Part shown: one piece after another, positions 17,392-27,830 of the stretch
How the letters are laid out: every line of letters begins with the position of its first letter
How positions within the stretch are numbered: the first letter of the stretch is position 1
Origin: Endomicrobiia bacterium
GTDB taxonomy: Bacteria > Elusimicrobiota > Endomicrobiia > DTEH01
Assembly (NCBI GenBank): GCA_025060535.1
Contig: JANXCA010000002.1
Location: 1-62,923 of the forward strand
Reading direction: 5' to 3'
DNA length: 62,923 nt
The notes under the pieces: generated by a model
What the model saw: the letters and a program-made list of their open reading frames with translations, nothing else
Database searches by the model: none
Told to the model about the DNA's origin: nothing
Program-made: the position numbers and the translations under genes

Positions 17392-19410
17392 CTAAGTGTT
17401 CTTTTTGTTGTTTTGTGTGATTTTAAATATCTCCGGATATTCTTCAATTATTTCTACAAATTTATCCACAATAAGTGGATCAAAATGTTTACCTTTTTGA
17501 GAAATTATCTCTTTTAACATCTCCTCTACTGTCATTCTTCTTTCTTTATACGGACGTTCTGAAAGCATAGCATCCACTGAATCTGCAAGAGTTAAAATCC
17601 TTGAAAGTAAGGGAATCTGCTCACCTTTAAGTCCTTCAGGATAACCACTACCATCATAATGTTCATGATGATACAAAATTACTTTTGCAACTTCATTTAA
17701 AAATGGTAACGCTTCAAGAATCTTTGCACCTTTTATTGGATGTTGTTTCATCTCTTCCCACTCTTCTTTTGTAAGCTTACCCGGTTTGCTTAATATATAA
17801 TCGTGAATTCCTATCTTTCCAAGGTCATGAAGAACTGAAGCTTGTGCTAATATATATATATCCCTTTCACTTAGACCTAACTTTTTAGCTATCAAGACAG
17901 CATATTTTGTTACATTATCAGAATGCCCTATTAAATATTCATCTTTTGATTCTAATGTTAAAGACAAAGCTCTTGTTATTTGCAAATACGCTGTATTTAG
18001 TTCTTTATATATCTTACTATTTTGTATAGCCACTGCCAGCTGTTCTGAAAGTGTTTTTAGTATCTCTATATCCTCTATATCAAATATAGTTCCATCTACT
18101 TTTTTCTGATCTAATGTTATAATTCCAATAAGTTCTCCTTTATAAATTATAGGTATTATAATTATTGCTCCAAACAAAGCAATATCATTTACTAACTGCA
18201 TATATTCTTGTTTGTTCATTGTATGATAAGCAATATCCACAAGAAAAGGTTCCTTATGCTTTTTAAGCCAATTTATAATTTTTTTTTGTTTAAAATAAAC
18301 TTCTTTTACTTCATCAAATCCATATGAAGCAGCCAAAGCATAAACCGGTTCTCCTTCTTCATCTTTTGTCTCTTCATCTAACAAAAATATACAAATTTTA
18401 GTCGCACCTAATGAGTCACTTATCTGCTTTAATAGATATTGTAAAAGATTATCCAAATCTAATATCTCTACCACAGCAGATGCTGTATTTTCTAAGAGTT
18501 TTTGATATGAAGTTCTTTTTCTTAAAACTATATTTCTTATAGTATTATTTATTCTTTCTCTTAAAGGAGTCACAAAATATATAGCACCTACTATTATAAC
18601 ACTCAATGTAGAACTCCATATGGGAGCTAAAGAAACTAACTCTGTAAGTGCGTTAACTAAGATATAGTTTAAAGAAATACCTATAAATATAAAAATAGAA
18701 AATTTTATAGCATCACAAAAAACAACCTCTATATCTAAAATTTTATAACTATGGATTGAATAGAAGGAACTTAAAACCCATATTATAGAAAAAAATGTAG
18801 TCAACGGTATAAAATTCTCGTTTCCTAATAAAGGTAAAATAGAATTAAAAACCAACCCTATCACAGCATACACCAATAATCCAAATGTAAAATACTGAAA
18901 TTGTAATCTTTCTATTCCTTTTGTGTTATAATAATGTTTTATTGTTAACCATACTGAATAAATTATAGAAACCATTATCCAAAAGCGAAACAAGGGCTGT
19001 AACACTCCAAACTCTCTTTGCAGAGGATAACAAGAGATGACTTTTACTATACCATACTTAGTAAATGCTATAATAGTAAAAAATACTGCTAATATAAATT
19101 GTAACAAACCAATTATTTCTGCTTTTTTATACTGTTTTGTCATTGACAAACTTAAATATGTATAACTTGCTACTATTAAACCACCTACCCAGTTAAACCT
19201 TGCAAAAAATTCTCCAGCAGGACTATTCACACAAAAAAGTAAAATTGCCATATTAAGAGCCCATAAAGCAGAACTAAAAGCTAACAAAAATACACCTAAA
19301 TTTATATTCCTTAGTTCCTTAAAAGAAGGAAGTTTACATTGAGTAATAGTTAATGCTAAAGCAAAATTAAAAAATGCTGCGAATAAATTTATAATTTTAA
19401 ATAAAATCAT
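17392..19410 (-). CDS. Multi-pass membrane sensor with GAF and HD-GYP domains (putative c-di-GMP phosphodiesterase)
   Basis: The N-terminal roughly 290 aa are highly hydrophobic with many TM segments. The central region is GAF-like. The C-terminus has HSDNV, VLHDLGKIG and YHHEHYDGSGYPEGL (HD-GYP signature). Confidence 0.8.
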   Translation of the reverse strand: MILFKIINLFAAFFNFALALTITQCKLPSFKELRNINLGVFLLAFSSALWALNMAILLFCVNSPAGEFFARFNWVGGLIVASYTYLSLSMTKQYKKAEIIGLLQFILAVFFTIIAFTKYGIVKVISCYPLQREFGVLQPLFRFWIMVSIIYSVWLTIKHYYNTKGIERLQFQYFTFGLLVYAVIGLVFNSILPLLGNENFIPLTTFFSIIWVLSSFYSIHSYKILDIEVVFCDAIKFSIFIFIGISLNYILVNALTELVSLAPIWSSTLSVIIVGAIYFVTPLRERINNTIRNIVLRKRTSYQKLLENTASAVVEILDLDNLLQYLLKQISDSLGATKICIFLLDEETKDEEGEPVYALAASYGFDEVKEVYFKQKKIINWLKKHKEPFLVDIAYHTMNKQEYMQLVNDIALFGAIIIIPIIYKGELIGIITLDQKKVDGTIFDIEDIEILKTLSEQLAVAIQNSKIYKELNTAYLQITRALSLTLESKDEYLIGHSDNVTKYAVLIAKKLGLSERDIYILAQASVLHDLGKIGIHDYILSKPGKLTKEEWEEMKQHPIKGAKILEALPFLNEVAKVILYHHEHYDGSGYPEGLKGEQIPLLSRILTLADSVDAMLSERPYKERRMTVEEMLKEIISQKGKHFDPLIVDKFVEIIEEYPEIFKITQNNKKNT

Positions 19411-19489
19411 ATATTTTTATACCTCTATTTTGACTTAAAGATTTTTTAATTACTAAAAACAAAAAACAATTTCAACTAAAAGTAGAAAT

Positions 19490-20644
19490 TCAATCTAAAC
19501 TAAATTCTGTATATTTATTCTTACAAGGTTGTCCAAAACATACTTTTATTTTTTTACTTTTTGGTAAAAATATAATACTTGCCTGTGTTGAAAGCAACTC
19601 ACCATGGCGGCATATTGTATCATCATCTCCAGAATTTTTATTACTGTGGTCTTTTAAAATTTCTTCTATATCTTCTAAAGAAACTTTATGTTTTTCTTTT
19701 AACATTTGTAATATCCTTAAATATCTAAGTTCATTTGATTGATGAACTCTTTTATTTTGAAGTTCTTTTGGTAATCCCCATTTTTTAAAATAAGCATTAT
19801 GTGGTATATCATATTTTTTTACTTCTTCTGAAATATAAAAATTTGTAGCAACAACAACACCATCAGAGGGCTTTCTAAACCCAATATGTTCAGGTGTAAT
19901 CTCTACACAGACAGTTCTATTAGAAGCATCTGCTAATGTAAGTATAGCTCCGTTTGGATATCTAAATGATTTAATAAACATAATTGCTTCTTCTATATTA
20001 GCACATCTCTCAAGAAGTTGTTGGACTAAAATTGTTATAGGAATTCTTGTTTGGACCTTTTCAATTGTAAGACCATAATTATAAAGAACTACCAAACCCT
20101 TTTCATTCATCCCATCATGACAACCAGCAATCTGTTTGTAGGTAATCTCTATACTTTTGTATCCTTCTTTTGGTTGACTTATCCTTACAATCTGATCTGT
20201 CAAAAATTCAGATAAATAGTCAAAATTTTTTCCTAAAATTAACTCATTATTATAAGTCATTTTTGGAAGTATACATATAGAAGAACAACCTAAAGGAGTA
20301 AAATTAGTATTATTCTTTAAAAAATATCTTACATCATCAGCCATAACTTCTATGCTTTGTATTACATAAAGTTCCCCAACATCTACATCAGCTCCATCAG
20401 CAATACCTTTTATTCTGTTGGAATAATCTGGAATAAGTATCTCTATCGGTTTTTTCCATTTTTTATAAATAACATATTTTAATAATTTAGAAAAAACAAA
20501 ATTAGGAAAAAGTTTTGGCTTTATACTCTTTATTGCTTTTGATTTTATAAGCCTTTCAAATGAAGTTTTTATATCTTTACAAAAATACTCTCCTTGCTGA
20601 AAACCCATCTCATAATAAGAACCTTTAACTTTTAAAAACTCCAT
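19490..20644 (-). CDS. Peptidase C45 / acyl-CoA:6-APA acyltransferase-like Ntn hydrolase family protein
   Basis: N-terminal GSYYEMGFQQGE and a candidate autoprocessing site LG|CSSI (Gly-Cys), as in the C45 family. Typical length. Confidence 0.65.
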   Translation of the reverse strand: MEFLKVKGSYYEMGFQQGEYFCKDIKTSFERLIKSKAIKSIKPKLFPNFVFSKLLKYVIYKKWKKPIEILIPDYSNRIKGIADGADVDVGELYVIQSIEVMADDVRYFLKNNTNFTPLGCSSICILPKMTYNNELILGKNFDYLSEFLTDQIVRISQPKEGYKSIEITYKQIAGCHDGMNEKGLVVLYNYGLTIEKVQTRIPITILVQQLLERCANIEEAIMFIKSFRYPNGAILTLADASNRTVCVEITPEHIGFRKPSDGVVVATNFYISEEVKKYDIPHNAYFKKWGLPKELQNKRVHQSNELRYLRILQMLKEKHKVSLEDIEEILKDHSNKNSGDDDTICRHGELLSTQASIIFLPKSKKIKVCFGQPCKNKYTEFSLD

Positions 20645-20649
20645 AAATA

Positions 20650-21885
20650 TTAATTTATCCCTTTGTAGGCTTTTACTGCTTTTATAATTTCAGGAACTAT
20701 TTCATATAAATCACCTTCTATACTATAAGTAGCTATCTTCATCATTGGAGCTTCTGGATCTTTATTTATAGCAACTATTACTTCTGATGAAGACATACCC
20801 ACAAGATGTTGAATTTGGCCTGAAATTCCACAGGCAATATATAGTTTTGGAGCAACTGTTCTTCCTGTCTGGCCTACTTGATGAGAATATGGAATCCAAC
20901 CAGCATCTACAGCTGCCCTTGATGCACCTACAGCACCTCCTAAAAGGTCTGCTAATTCTTCTAAAAGTTTAAAACCTTCAGGACCACCTAAACCTCTTCC
21001 TCCAGAAACAATGATATCCGCCTCAGCAAGATTAACTTTAGCAGTTGTATCTTTTATAAACTCTAAAAATTTTGTCCTTATTTTTACTTTTGAAAAATCA
21101 AAATGTTTTTCTATTATTTCACCTCTACGAGTTGTATCTTTAGGAAGCGCTTTAAAAACTTTATGCCTTACAGTTGCCATCTGAGGTCTATGCTTAGGAG
21201 TTAAAATAGTAGCCATAATATTCCCACCAAAAGCTGGTCTTGTTTGCAGTAAGTTTCTTGTTTCTAAATCAACATCTAACCCAGTACAATCCGCAGTAAG
21301 GCCTGTCCTAACTTTTGCAGCAACTCTACTAGCAAAAGATCTTCCAATGTTGGTAGCACCCATAAGCAGTATTTCTGGTTTCTCTTCCTTTATAAGCCAA
21401 GCTAATACCTCAGCATATGGTTCATCTAAAAATTCCTCTAATACAGGGTCATCAACAACATATACTACATCACTACCATAATAAATTAATTCATTAGCTA
21501 AACTTTTAATTTTATTACCCAAAAGCACACTACATACTTTACAGTTTAGTTTTTCTGCTAACTCCTTTCCCTTAGCAATAAGTTCAAACACAACAGGTGC
21601 TATCTCCGATCTTCTTTGTTCTGCGTAAATCCATATATTTTTGTAATCTTTAAAATCATAATATACTTCTTCCTTTTGCAAAAGGATTGCTTTATATCTA
21701 CATGCTTCAACACACGCTCCACAATAAGTACATTTATTTAAGTCTATTACTGCGACCTGTTTTACAGTTCTACCTGACTCCAAAGTATGAGGAGAATCTA
21801 CTAAGGTTATAGCTCCATAAGGACAGGACTTAATACAAACTCCACAACCTGTACATTTATTAATTATAATTTCAATTCTACTCAT
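20650..21885 (-). CDS. etfA: Electron transfer flavoprotein alpha subunit with N-terminal 2x[4Fe-4S] ferredoxin domain
   Basis: CTGCGVCIKSCP and CTYCGACVEACR clusters, followed by an EtfA body with IACGISGQIQHLVGM. I prefer the ATG at 21885 (MSRIE), preceded by AAAGGAG, over the track start at 21915. Confidence 0.85.
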   Translation of the reverse strand: MSRIEIIINKCTGCGVCIKSCPYGAITLVDSPHTLESGRTVKQVAVIDLNKCTYCGACVEACRYKAILLQKEEVYYDFKDYKNIWIYAEQRRSEIAPVVFELIAKGKELAEKLNCKVCSVLLGNKIKSLANELIYYGSDVVYVVDDPVLEEFLDEPYAEVLAWLIKEEKPEILLMGATNIGRSFASRVAAKVRTGLTADCTGLDVDLETRNLLQTRPAFGGNIMATILTPKHRPQMATVRHKVFKALPKDTTRRGEIIEKHFDFSKVKIRTKFLEFIKDTTAKVNLAEADIIVSGGRGLGGPEGFKLLEELADLLGGAVGASRAAVDAGWIPYSHQVGQTGRTVAPKLYIACGISGQIQHLVGMSSSEVIVAINKDPEAPMMKIATYSIEGDLYEIVPEIIKAVKAYKGIN

Positions 21886-21925
21886 ATACTTTTCACTCCT
21901 TTCATTATTAAACAAATATAAAAAA

Positions 21926-22720
21926 TTACCTTAATAATCCAATCTCAGATAACTTTTTCACAAGTTTTTCAGCAATTTCTTTAGGAGTACTTCCAGAGAT
22001 TCTTTCTCCTGCCTCTCTTGGTGGTGGATAAAATATTTTTTTCACCTGAGTAGGAGACCCGGTAAGGCCTATTTTGTCTTCTTCTGCTTTTATTGTTTCT
22101 TTATTCCAATGTAAAATTTGTTTTTTTCTAGCTGCTAAAACTCCTTTTAAAGAAGGAAGTCTTGGAGTATTAATTTCTTTTACAACTGTTATCAAAGCAG
22201 GTAAAGACATCTCTAAAACATCTACTCCATCTTCAAGCATTCTTTCAACTTTAATATACCCAGGTCTTATTTCTGAAATTTTTCTTACATAAGCAACATG
22301 AGGAATGTCTAACATCTCAGCTAAGGAAGGTCCTACTTGAGCGGTATCACCATCGGACGCTTGTTTACCACATATTATAAGATCAAAAGGATCTGGCAAC
22401 ATCTTTATAGCACAAGACAAGGTATAAGCAGTAGCCCAGGTATCTGCTCCAGCAAATGCTTTATCAGTCAAAAGTATAGCATCATCACACCCTCTACTTA
22501 ATGCTTCCCTTAACGCCTGCTCAGCCTGCGGAGGGCCCATTGTGATTACGGTAGTTTTACCTCCTAATCTCTCTTTCAACCTTATTCCTTCTTCTATAGC
22601 ATACTCATCAAAAGGATTAATTATGGATTCTACTCCTTCTCTTTTTAAAGTACCTGTTTTAGGATCTATCTGGACAGAAGTAGTAGCTGGAACTTGTTTT
22701 ATACATACTACAAAATGCAT
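21926..22720 (-). CDS. etfB: Electron transfer flavoprotein beta subunit
   Basis: MHFVVCIKQVP..., FDLIICGKQASDGDTAQVGP. Typical 264 aa and immediately upstream of etfA. Confidence 0.9.
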   Translation of the reverse strand: MHFVVCIKQVPATTSVQIDPKTGTLKREGVESIINPFDEYAIEEGIRLKERLGGKTTVITMGPPQAEQALREALSRGCDDAILLTDKAFAGADTWATAYTLSCAIKMLPDPFDLIICGKQASDGDTAQVGPSLAEMLDIPHVAYVRKISEIRPGYIKVERMLEDGVDVLEMSLPALITVVKEINTPRLPSLKGVLAARKKQILHWNKETIKAEEDKIGLTGSPTQVKKIFYPPPREAGERISGSTPKEIAEKLVKKLSEIGLLR

Positions 22721-22742
22721 AATTCCCTCCTATGTTGATAAA

Positions 22743-23147
22743 TTATTCTTTTTCTGTAGCAATGGCTAATTTTTCTGCACCAGCAAGTTTTGAAATATCC
22801 ATAATTTTTACTACTAAACCATGAGGAACAGACTTATCTGCTCTTATTATTACCAACTTATCTGAATAATATGGAAGCAATAATTTTATTTTTTCCTCCA
22901 AGTTCTCCAAAGGAACAACTTTATTCTCTATAAATATCTGTTGATTTTTATCAACAGTTATCATTAGTTTCTGTTGAACTTGAATCTCAGAAGTTTGTGA
23001 TTTAGGTAAGTTTACTTTTATACCCGGCTCCACTATAAAGGATGAAGATAAAATAAAAAACAACAATACTTGAAAAACCATATCTGTCATAGGTGCTAAA
23101 TCTATAAGTGAAACTAAACCTGTCTTACTTTTTCTTTTAAGTTTCAT
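22743..23147 (-). CDS. exbD: ExbD/TolR-family biopolymer transport protein
   Basis: Basic N-terminus, single TM (LAPMTDMVFQVLLFFILSS), periplasmic domain with a ...IRADKSVPHGLVVKIMD pattern. Confidence 0.8.
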   Translation of the reverse strand: MKLKRKSKTGLVSLIDLAPMTDMVFQVLLFFILSSSFIVEPGIKVNLPKSQTSEIQVQQKLMITVDKNQQIFIENKVVPLENLEEKIKLLLPYYSDKLVIIRADKSVPHGLVVKIMDISKLAGAEKLAIATEKE

Positions 23148-24114
23148 TTTTAATTTCCTCTTTTAGAGAATTTATTAGTTTTACTTCTTTAAAAATAAAA
23201 ATCAACCCTAACACTACTACTGGTAACATTCCTAATATATGAGAAAGAAGAGAAAAAGCAACTGCTTTTGTTTTTTCGACACTAAAAACAGATAAAGCTA
23301 ACATACCCATAAATTCCCAACTTCCTATATATCCAGGAGATGAAGGTATGACAACACTTAATGAAGTTATAGCCTGGACCAACATACCTGAAAACACAGA
23401 AGGGAGCTTTATATCTAAGGCAATACAGACTAACCACATATTAAAACTATAACCAAACCATAAAAAAAAAGTCAATAACCCGACTTTTATTAAAACTGAT
23501 ATATCTTTAAAATTTTCTATAGCTAAAAAAAAGTTATTCACCACATTATAAATCTTTTTAAATATCTTTAATTTTAAAGAAAAGTTATCTATAGTTTTGA
23601 TTATCAACTCTTTAAATTTTAAAATAAGAATCAAACCTAAGATTAAACATAACAAAACTAACACACTAAAAAATATACTTATCTGTTTAGGTAGAACTAT
23701 AAAAAAAGAACCAGTTATTATAAAAATAATAGGTGGAAATAAATCTACAAATCTTTCCATTAAAACACTACTAAATGTTAATGATTTTGCAAAATTTGTT
23801 TTTCTTGCGAGTGAATATCCTTGAATAAAATCTCCTATTCTAAATGGTAATATAGTATTAAAAAATAAACCTAAAACAGTAGATTCAAAAAAGTTACTTA
23901 TTTTAAAATTTTTATAATCTTTTATAATTAACCGCCAACGATAACTTCTTAATAATAACAAAAAAAAACCAAAAATTAAAGCTAAAACTAGATATAATAC
24001 ATTAGCGCTAACAATATATTTTATTACTTCATTTATACTTATTTTCCTAAATACTAAATATAGCAAAAAAAAACTAATAATTAGTCCTACTATGAACTTT
24101 ACATATTTTCTCAT
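23137..24114 (-). CDS. UPF0104 / lysylphosphatidylglycerol-synthase-TM-like (flippase-like) membrane protein
   Basis: About 8 TM segments. RSYRWRLI and PFRIGDF motifs are typical of the flippase-like domain family. Confidence 0.6.
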   Translation of the reverse strand: MRKYVKFIVGLIISFFLLYLVFRKISINEVIKYIVSANVLYLVLALIFGFFLLLLRSYRWRLIIKDYKNFKISNFFESTVLGLFFNTILPFRIGDFIQGYSLARKTNFAKSLTFSSVLMERFVDLFPPIIFIITGSFFIVLPKQISIFFSVLVLLCLILGLILILKFKELIIKTIDNFSLKLKIFKKIYNVVNNFFLAIENFKDISVLIKVGLLTFFLWFGYSFNMWLVCIALDIKLPSVFSGMLVQAITSLSVVIPSSPGYIGSWEFMGMLALSVFSVEKTKAVAFSLLSHILGMLPVVVLGLIFIFKEVKLINSLKEEIKNET

Positions 24115-26222
24115 GTTTGAATGTAGTTTAAATAGCCAATTTTATTAAAAATATTAAGTAACAAATAAAGCATCTTTAACCTATTTAACGCAACATCTGT
24201 TTCTTTATCAAATACTAAAACTTTATCAAAAAACTCATCAACTTTTGGTTTAAATTCTATAAATTTTTTGATTATTGCTTCATATTTTCTATCCATCCAC
24301 AAATTTTCAACTTCCTCTTTTAAATTCAGCAAATTTTTATAGAAATCATATTCAAAAGTGGTCTTAAAAAGAGATTCTTCAGAAAGTCCTTCTATTTTAA
24401 AACCTTTACTTTTTGCTTGGTTAAGAATATTATTTACTCTTTTATATAGTTCTATTAATTTGTAAAATTCCTCTGAATGTCTAAAGTTTTTAAGAATACT
24501 AATTATCAACCATTTAGTATAAAAATCTCCTTTAAAATTAATTAAAATACTCCTTATTTCATCAACTTCAAAATTATTCTGAAGTAGTATGCTTTCAAAT
24601 CTCTGTATAAAAAAATTATTAGTTCTGCTAAATAAAGAATCTTCATATTTCACACCCAAAATACTACAATACATACTTATTATTTCTTTAAAGTCAAAAT
24701 CTAAACCATTTTTAATTGAAATTTTTATAAGACCATCTGCAATTTTTTTAATTCCTAATGGATCAGAACTTCCAGTAGGGAGGCTATCTAATATAGAATT
24801 GTCTATTATGATTGAAAATTTTTCAGCTATTGAAAACAAAAGTGCTATTTTACTAGAAGGCACATCATCTTCAAAATCTCTTGGTTTAAGATGTTCAAAA
24901 CAACACAAAGCTATCTCTTTAGGTAGATTATTTTTACTACAAAACTCTTCACAATAAATCTTTCCAGCCACTCCTTGAAGTTCAGGATATTCAAATACTA
25001 TCTGAGTAGGTAAATCGTTTTTTATTAATTTTGAAACTAAATCAATAATATCTTTTCCAACAGAAAAACCTAATCTATCATTTAAAAATTCTGCTAATTT
25101 TTTAATGTTTATTATCTTATCATAATAAGATAAAGAAAGCTTAGAGTTATAGGTTATATTTTTTAATTTTTCAAAATAAGAAATAAAATCAACTTTTTTG
25201 TCTTTTTCATAGTAATACTTCACATCATTTAGTCTAGCAATAAGTACCTTTTCAAAACCTTCTTTTACATATTTTAAATGTTCTGAATACCCATTTTTTA
25301 CACCTATAAATTTATTAGTAATATTACCACTTTCATCATATAAAGGAATAAATTTTTGTTTACTTTTCATACAGGTAATAATAAACTCTTTAGGCAAACT
25401 TAAAAACTCCTCAGGAAATTCACAAAGAATACAAGTAGGATATTCTACTATAGCAGTAATTTCATTTAATAATTTTTCATCTTTGTCATATTTTAATTTT
25501 TTCCGTGCTGTGATCTGTTCTATAGATTTTAGTAAAATTTCTAACCTTTTTTGTTGATCTAAAATTATACATTCTTTTTCCATAATATCAAAATATGCAT
25601 CTACTAATGAGTGCTTTTTATGAGTTTCTATTTTTATTTTTTTTATAGGAAAAGTTTTTATACCAAACGTAAAATTTGAAGACACAACAGATGAAAATTT
25701 TATTTTTATAAAACTGTTATCGTAAATAACTAAAATATTTCTTATTGGCCGTGGGAAACTAAATTTTGTATTTTCCCATACCATAGTTTTTGAAAACTTA
25801 AGTCTAGTAATAAAATCAACAAATAAATCATTTATTATGCTTTTAAAACTTTCACCTCCATGTATTTTTTTAACAGCTAAAAATTTACCTTTTAAGGTTT
25901 CTTTTATAAATAAATCTTTAAGCTCTACATTATGCTTTTTAGCAAATCCAATAGCAGCAGAGGTAAACTCTCCATTTTTTATTCCTATATTCACTGATGG
26001 ACCTACTATTTCCTCAATTTCTTCCTTAGTAAATTCTTTTATATCTTTCACAACTACAACTATTCTTACAGGAGTTATATAAAAACCAAACTCCCTATAG
26101 TCAACCCTAAATTTTTTTAAACACTCCGAAAGAATTTCACCTAGCTGTTGTGTTGCTTCTTTTATACAAGAAGGAGGAAGTTCTTCAGTATATATTTCTA
26201 TTAAAAAATCTTTTTTTGTCAT
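24111..26222 (-). CDS. glyS: Glycine--tRNA ligase beta subunit
   Basis: 703 aa. N-terminal [13 protein letters not shown]. Immediately downstream of and overlapping glyQ. Confidence 0.9.
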   Translation of the reverse strand: MTKKDFLIEIYTEELPPSCIKEATQQLGEILSECLKKFRVDYREFGFYITPVRIVVVVKDIKEFTKEEIEEIVGPSVNIGIKNGEFTSAAIGFAKKHNVELKDLFIKETLKGKFLAVKKIHGGESFKSIINDLFVDFITRLKFSKTMVWENTKFSFPRPIRNILVIYDNSFIKIKFSSVVSSNFTFGIKTFPIKKIKIETHKKHSLVDAYFDIMEKECIILDQQKRLEILLKSIEQITARKKLKYDKDEKLLNEITAIVEYPTCILCEFPEEFLSLPKEFIITCMKSKQKFIPLYDESGNITNKFIGVKNGYSEHLKYVKEGFEKVLIARLNDVKYYYEKDKKVDFISYFEKLKNITYNSKLSLSYYDKIINIKKLAEFLNDRLGFSVGKDIIDLVSKLIKNDLPTQIVFEYPELQGVAGKIYCEEFCSKNNLPKEIALCCFEHLKPRDFEDDVPSSKIALLFSIAEKFSIIIDNSILDSLPTGSSDPLGIKKIADGLIKISIKNGLDFDFKEIISMYCSILGVKYEDSLFSRTNNFFIQRFESILLQNNFEVDEIRSILINFKGDFYTKWLIISILKNFRHSEEFYKLIELYKRVNNILNQAKSKGFKIEGLSEESLFKTTFEYDFYKNLLNLKEEVENLWMDRKYEAIIKKFIEFKPKVDEFFDKVLVFDKETDVALNRLKMLYLLLNIFNKIGYLNYIQT

Positions 26223-27082
26223 AACTTATTTATATCTTCTAAATACTTTTTTGCTACTTTGTTAGCTAAACTTCTAACCTTATGTACATATGTATTTCTC
26301 TCTTCATAAGATATAACTCCACGAGCATCTAACAGATTAAAAAGATGAGAACATTTTAGGACAAAATCATAAGCTACTATATATAAACCTAAATCTATTA
26401 ATCTTACACATTCATTATAATTGTCATCAAAATGTCTTCTAATAATTTCATCATTGCTTAGTTCAAAATTATACTTACTCCACTGAAATTCATCTTTAAT
26501 ATGTATTTCTCCATAGGAATGCTCCTTATCCCACATAATATCAAAAACTGAATTTTTTTGCTGAGATATCATAGCTATTCTTTCTAAACCATAAGTAATT
26601 TCACAACTTATTGGATTTAGTTCAACTCCTCCTATTTGTTGAAAATAAGTAAACTGAGTTATTTCCATTCCATCAAGCCACACCTCCCAACCTAAACCCC
26701 AAGCTCCTAAAGTTGGAGATTCCCAATCATCTTCTATAAACCTTATGTCATGTTCTTTAATTTTTATACCAACAGCTTCTAAAGAGGCCAGATATATTTG
26801 TTGAACATTTTGAGGTGGCGGTTTAAGAATTACTTGATATTGATAGTAGTGTTGTAGTCGATTTGGATTTTCTGCATACCTACCATCAGCTGGCCTTCTT
26901 GAAGGTTCAACATAAGCAACCTTCCAAGGTTTAGGGCCTAAACACCCAAAAAATGTAGCTGGATTAAACGTACCAGCACCTTTTTCTAAATCATAAGGTT
27001 GCCAAAGAAGACAACCTTGTTTAGACCAAAATCTGTCTAGTGTAAGAATTATCTCTTGAAATGTTAATGATTTAATTTTCAT
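26219..27082 (-). CDS. glyQ: Glycine--tRNA ligase alpha subunit
   Basis: [17 protein letters not shown]...[16 protein letters not shown]...[32 protein letters not shown] is highly conserved GlyQ sequence. Confidence 0.95.
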   Translation of the reverse strand: MKIKSLTFQEIILTLDRFWSKQGCLLWQPYDLEKGAGTFNPATFFGCLGPKPWKVAYVEPSRRPADGRYAENPNRLQHYYQYQVILKPPPQNVQQIYLASLEAVGIKIKEHDIRFIEDDWESPTLGAWGLGWEVWLDGMEITQFTYFQQIGGVELNPISCEITYGLERIAMISQQKNSVFDIMWDKEHSYGEIHIKDEFQWSKYNFELSNDEIIRRHFDDNYNECVRLIDLGLYIVAYDFVLKCSHLFNLLDARGVISYEERNTYVHKVRSLANKVAKKYLEDINKL

Positions 27083-27830
27083 ATTGAAACACTTTTAAAC
27101 CACGATTTAAGTACTGTTGTAAATAAATAAAAGTAAAATTTGAAATTTCTTTTAAAATTTTATTTTCTACATTTAAATTATCAATCTGTTCTGCGTTAAG
27201 TTTATAAAATTTCTGTATAACTTTTATCGTATCCAAAGAAATCTCTATAATTCTTAAATCACTACTGATATTTCTACATTCTTTACAAATAATTCCTCTG
27301 TTTATAAAATCAAAAAAGAAAAAATATGCACTACTGTTTAATACTCTTTTACATTTTATACATCTGCTTAACTCTGGCATATATCCACATAATTTAATAA
27401 ACCTAAAAGCAAATGCTAAAAAAATCAACTCAAGATTTTTGCTATTTGGTAAAAATTCAAACACTCGTTTTATTAAAAAATACTTATTTTCATCTTTCAT
27501 AAGTTCTAAAGTTAAAGCATCTATAAGGTCTAAAATTTTACAAGTATATTCATATATTCTAAAACTTTTTCTTAACTGTTGATTAAAATTGACAATTTTA
27601 CCTCCTGCAAATTTAAATATAGTGTCATAATTTTTATTTTTTAACTTTACAACCTGTAATTCAACTTCAGTAGCTGGTTCAGTATAGGAAATAGATTTTG
27701 ATGTAATTTTATTTATTCCTTTAAATAAAACTTTAATTTTACCAAGTTGTAAAGTATAAATCGTAGCTATTTTATCATATTCTAGTACATTTTTTCTATT
27801 TAAGATAAAACCGTCAATTAAGTTATACAT
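27072..27830 (-). CDS. recO: DNA repair protein RecO
   Basis: N-terminal OB-fold region, then a Cys4 zinc module C.KC...C.EC (CIKCKRV ... CKECR). Typical length and position. Confidence 0.75.
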   Translation of the reverse strand: MYNLIDGFILNRKNVLEYDKIATIYTLQLGKIKVLFKGINKITSKSISYTEPATEVELQVVKLKNKNYDTIFKFAGGKIVNFNQQLRKSFRIYEYTCKILDLIDALTLELMKDENKYFLIKRVFEFLPNSKNLELIFLAFAFRFIKLCGYMPELSRCIKCKRVLNSSAYFFFFDFINRGIICKECRNISSDLRIIEISLDTIKVIQKFYKLNAEQIDNLNVENKILKEISNFTFIYLQQYLNRGLKVFQYEN

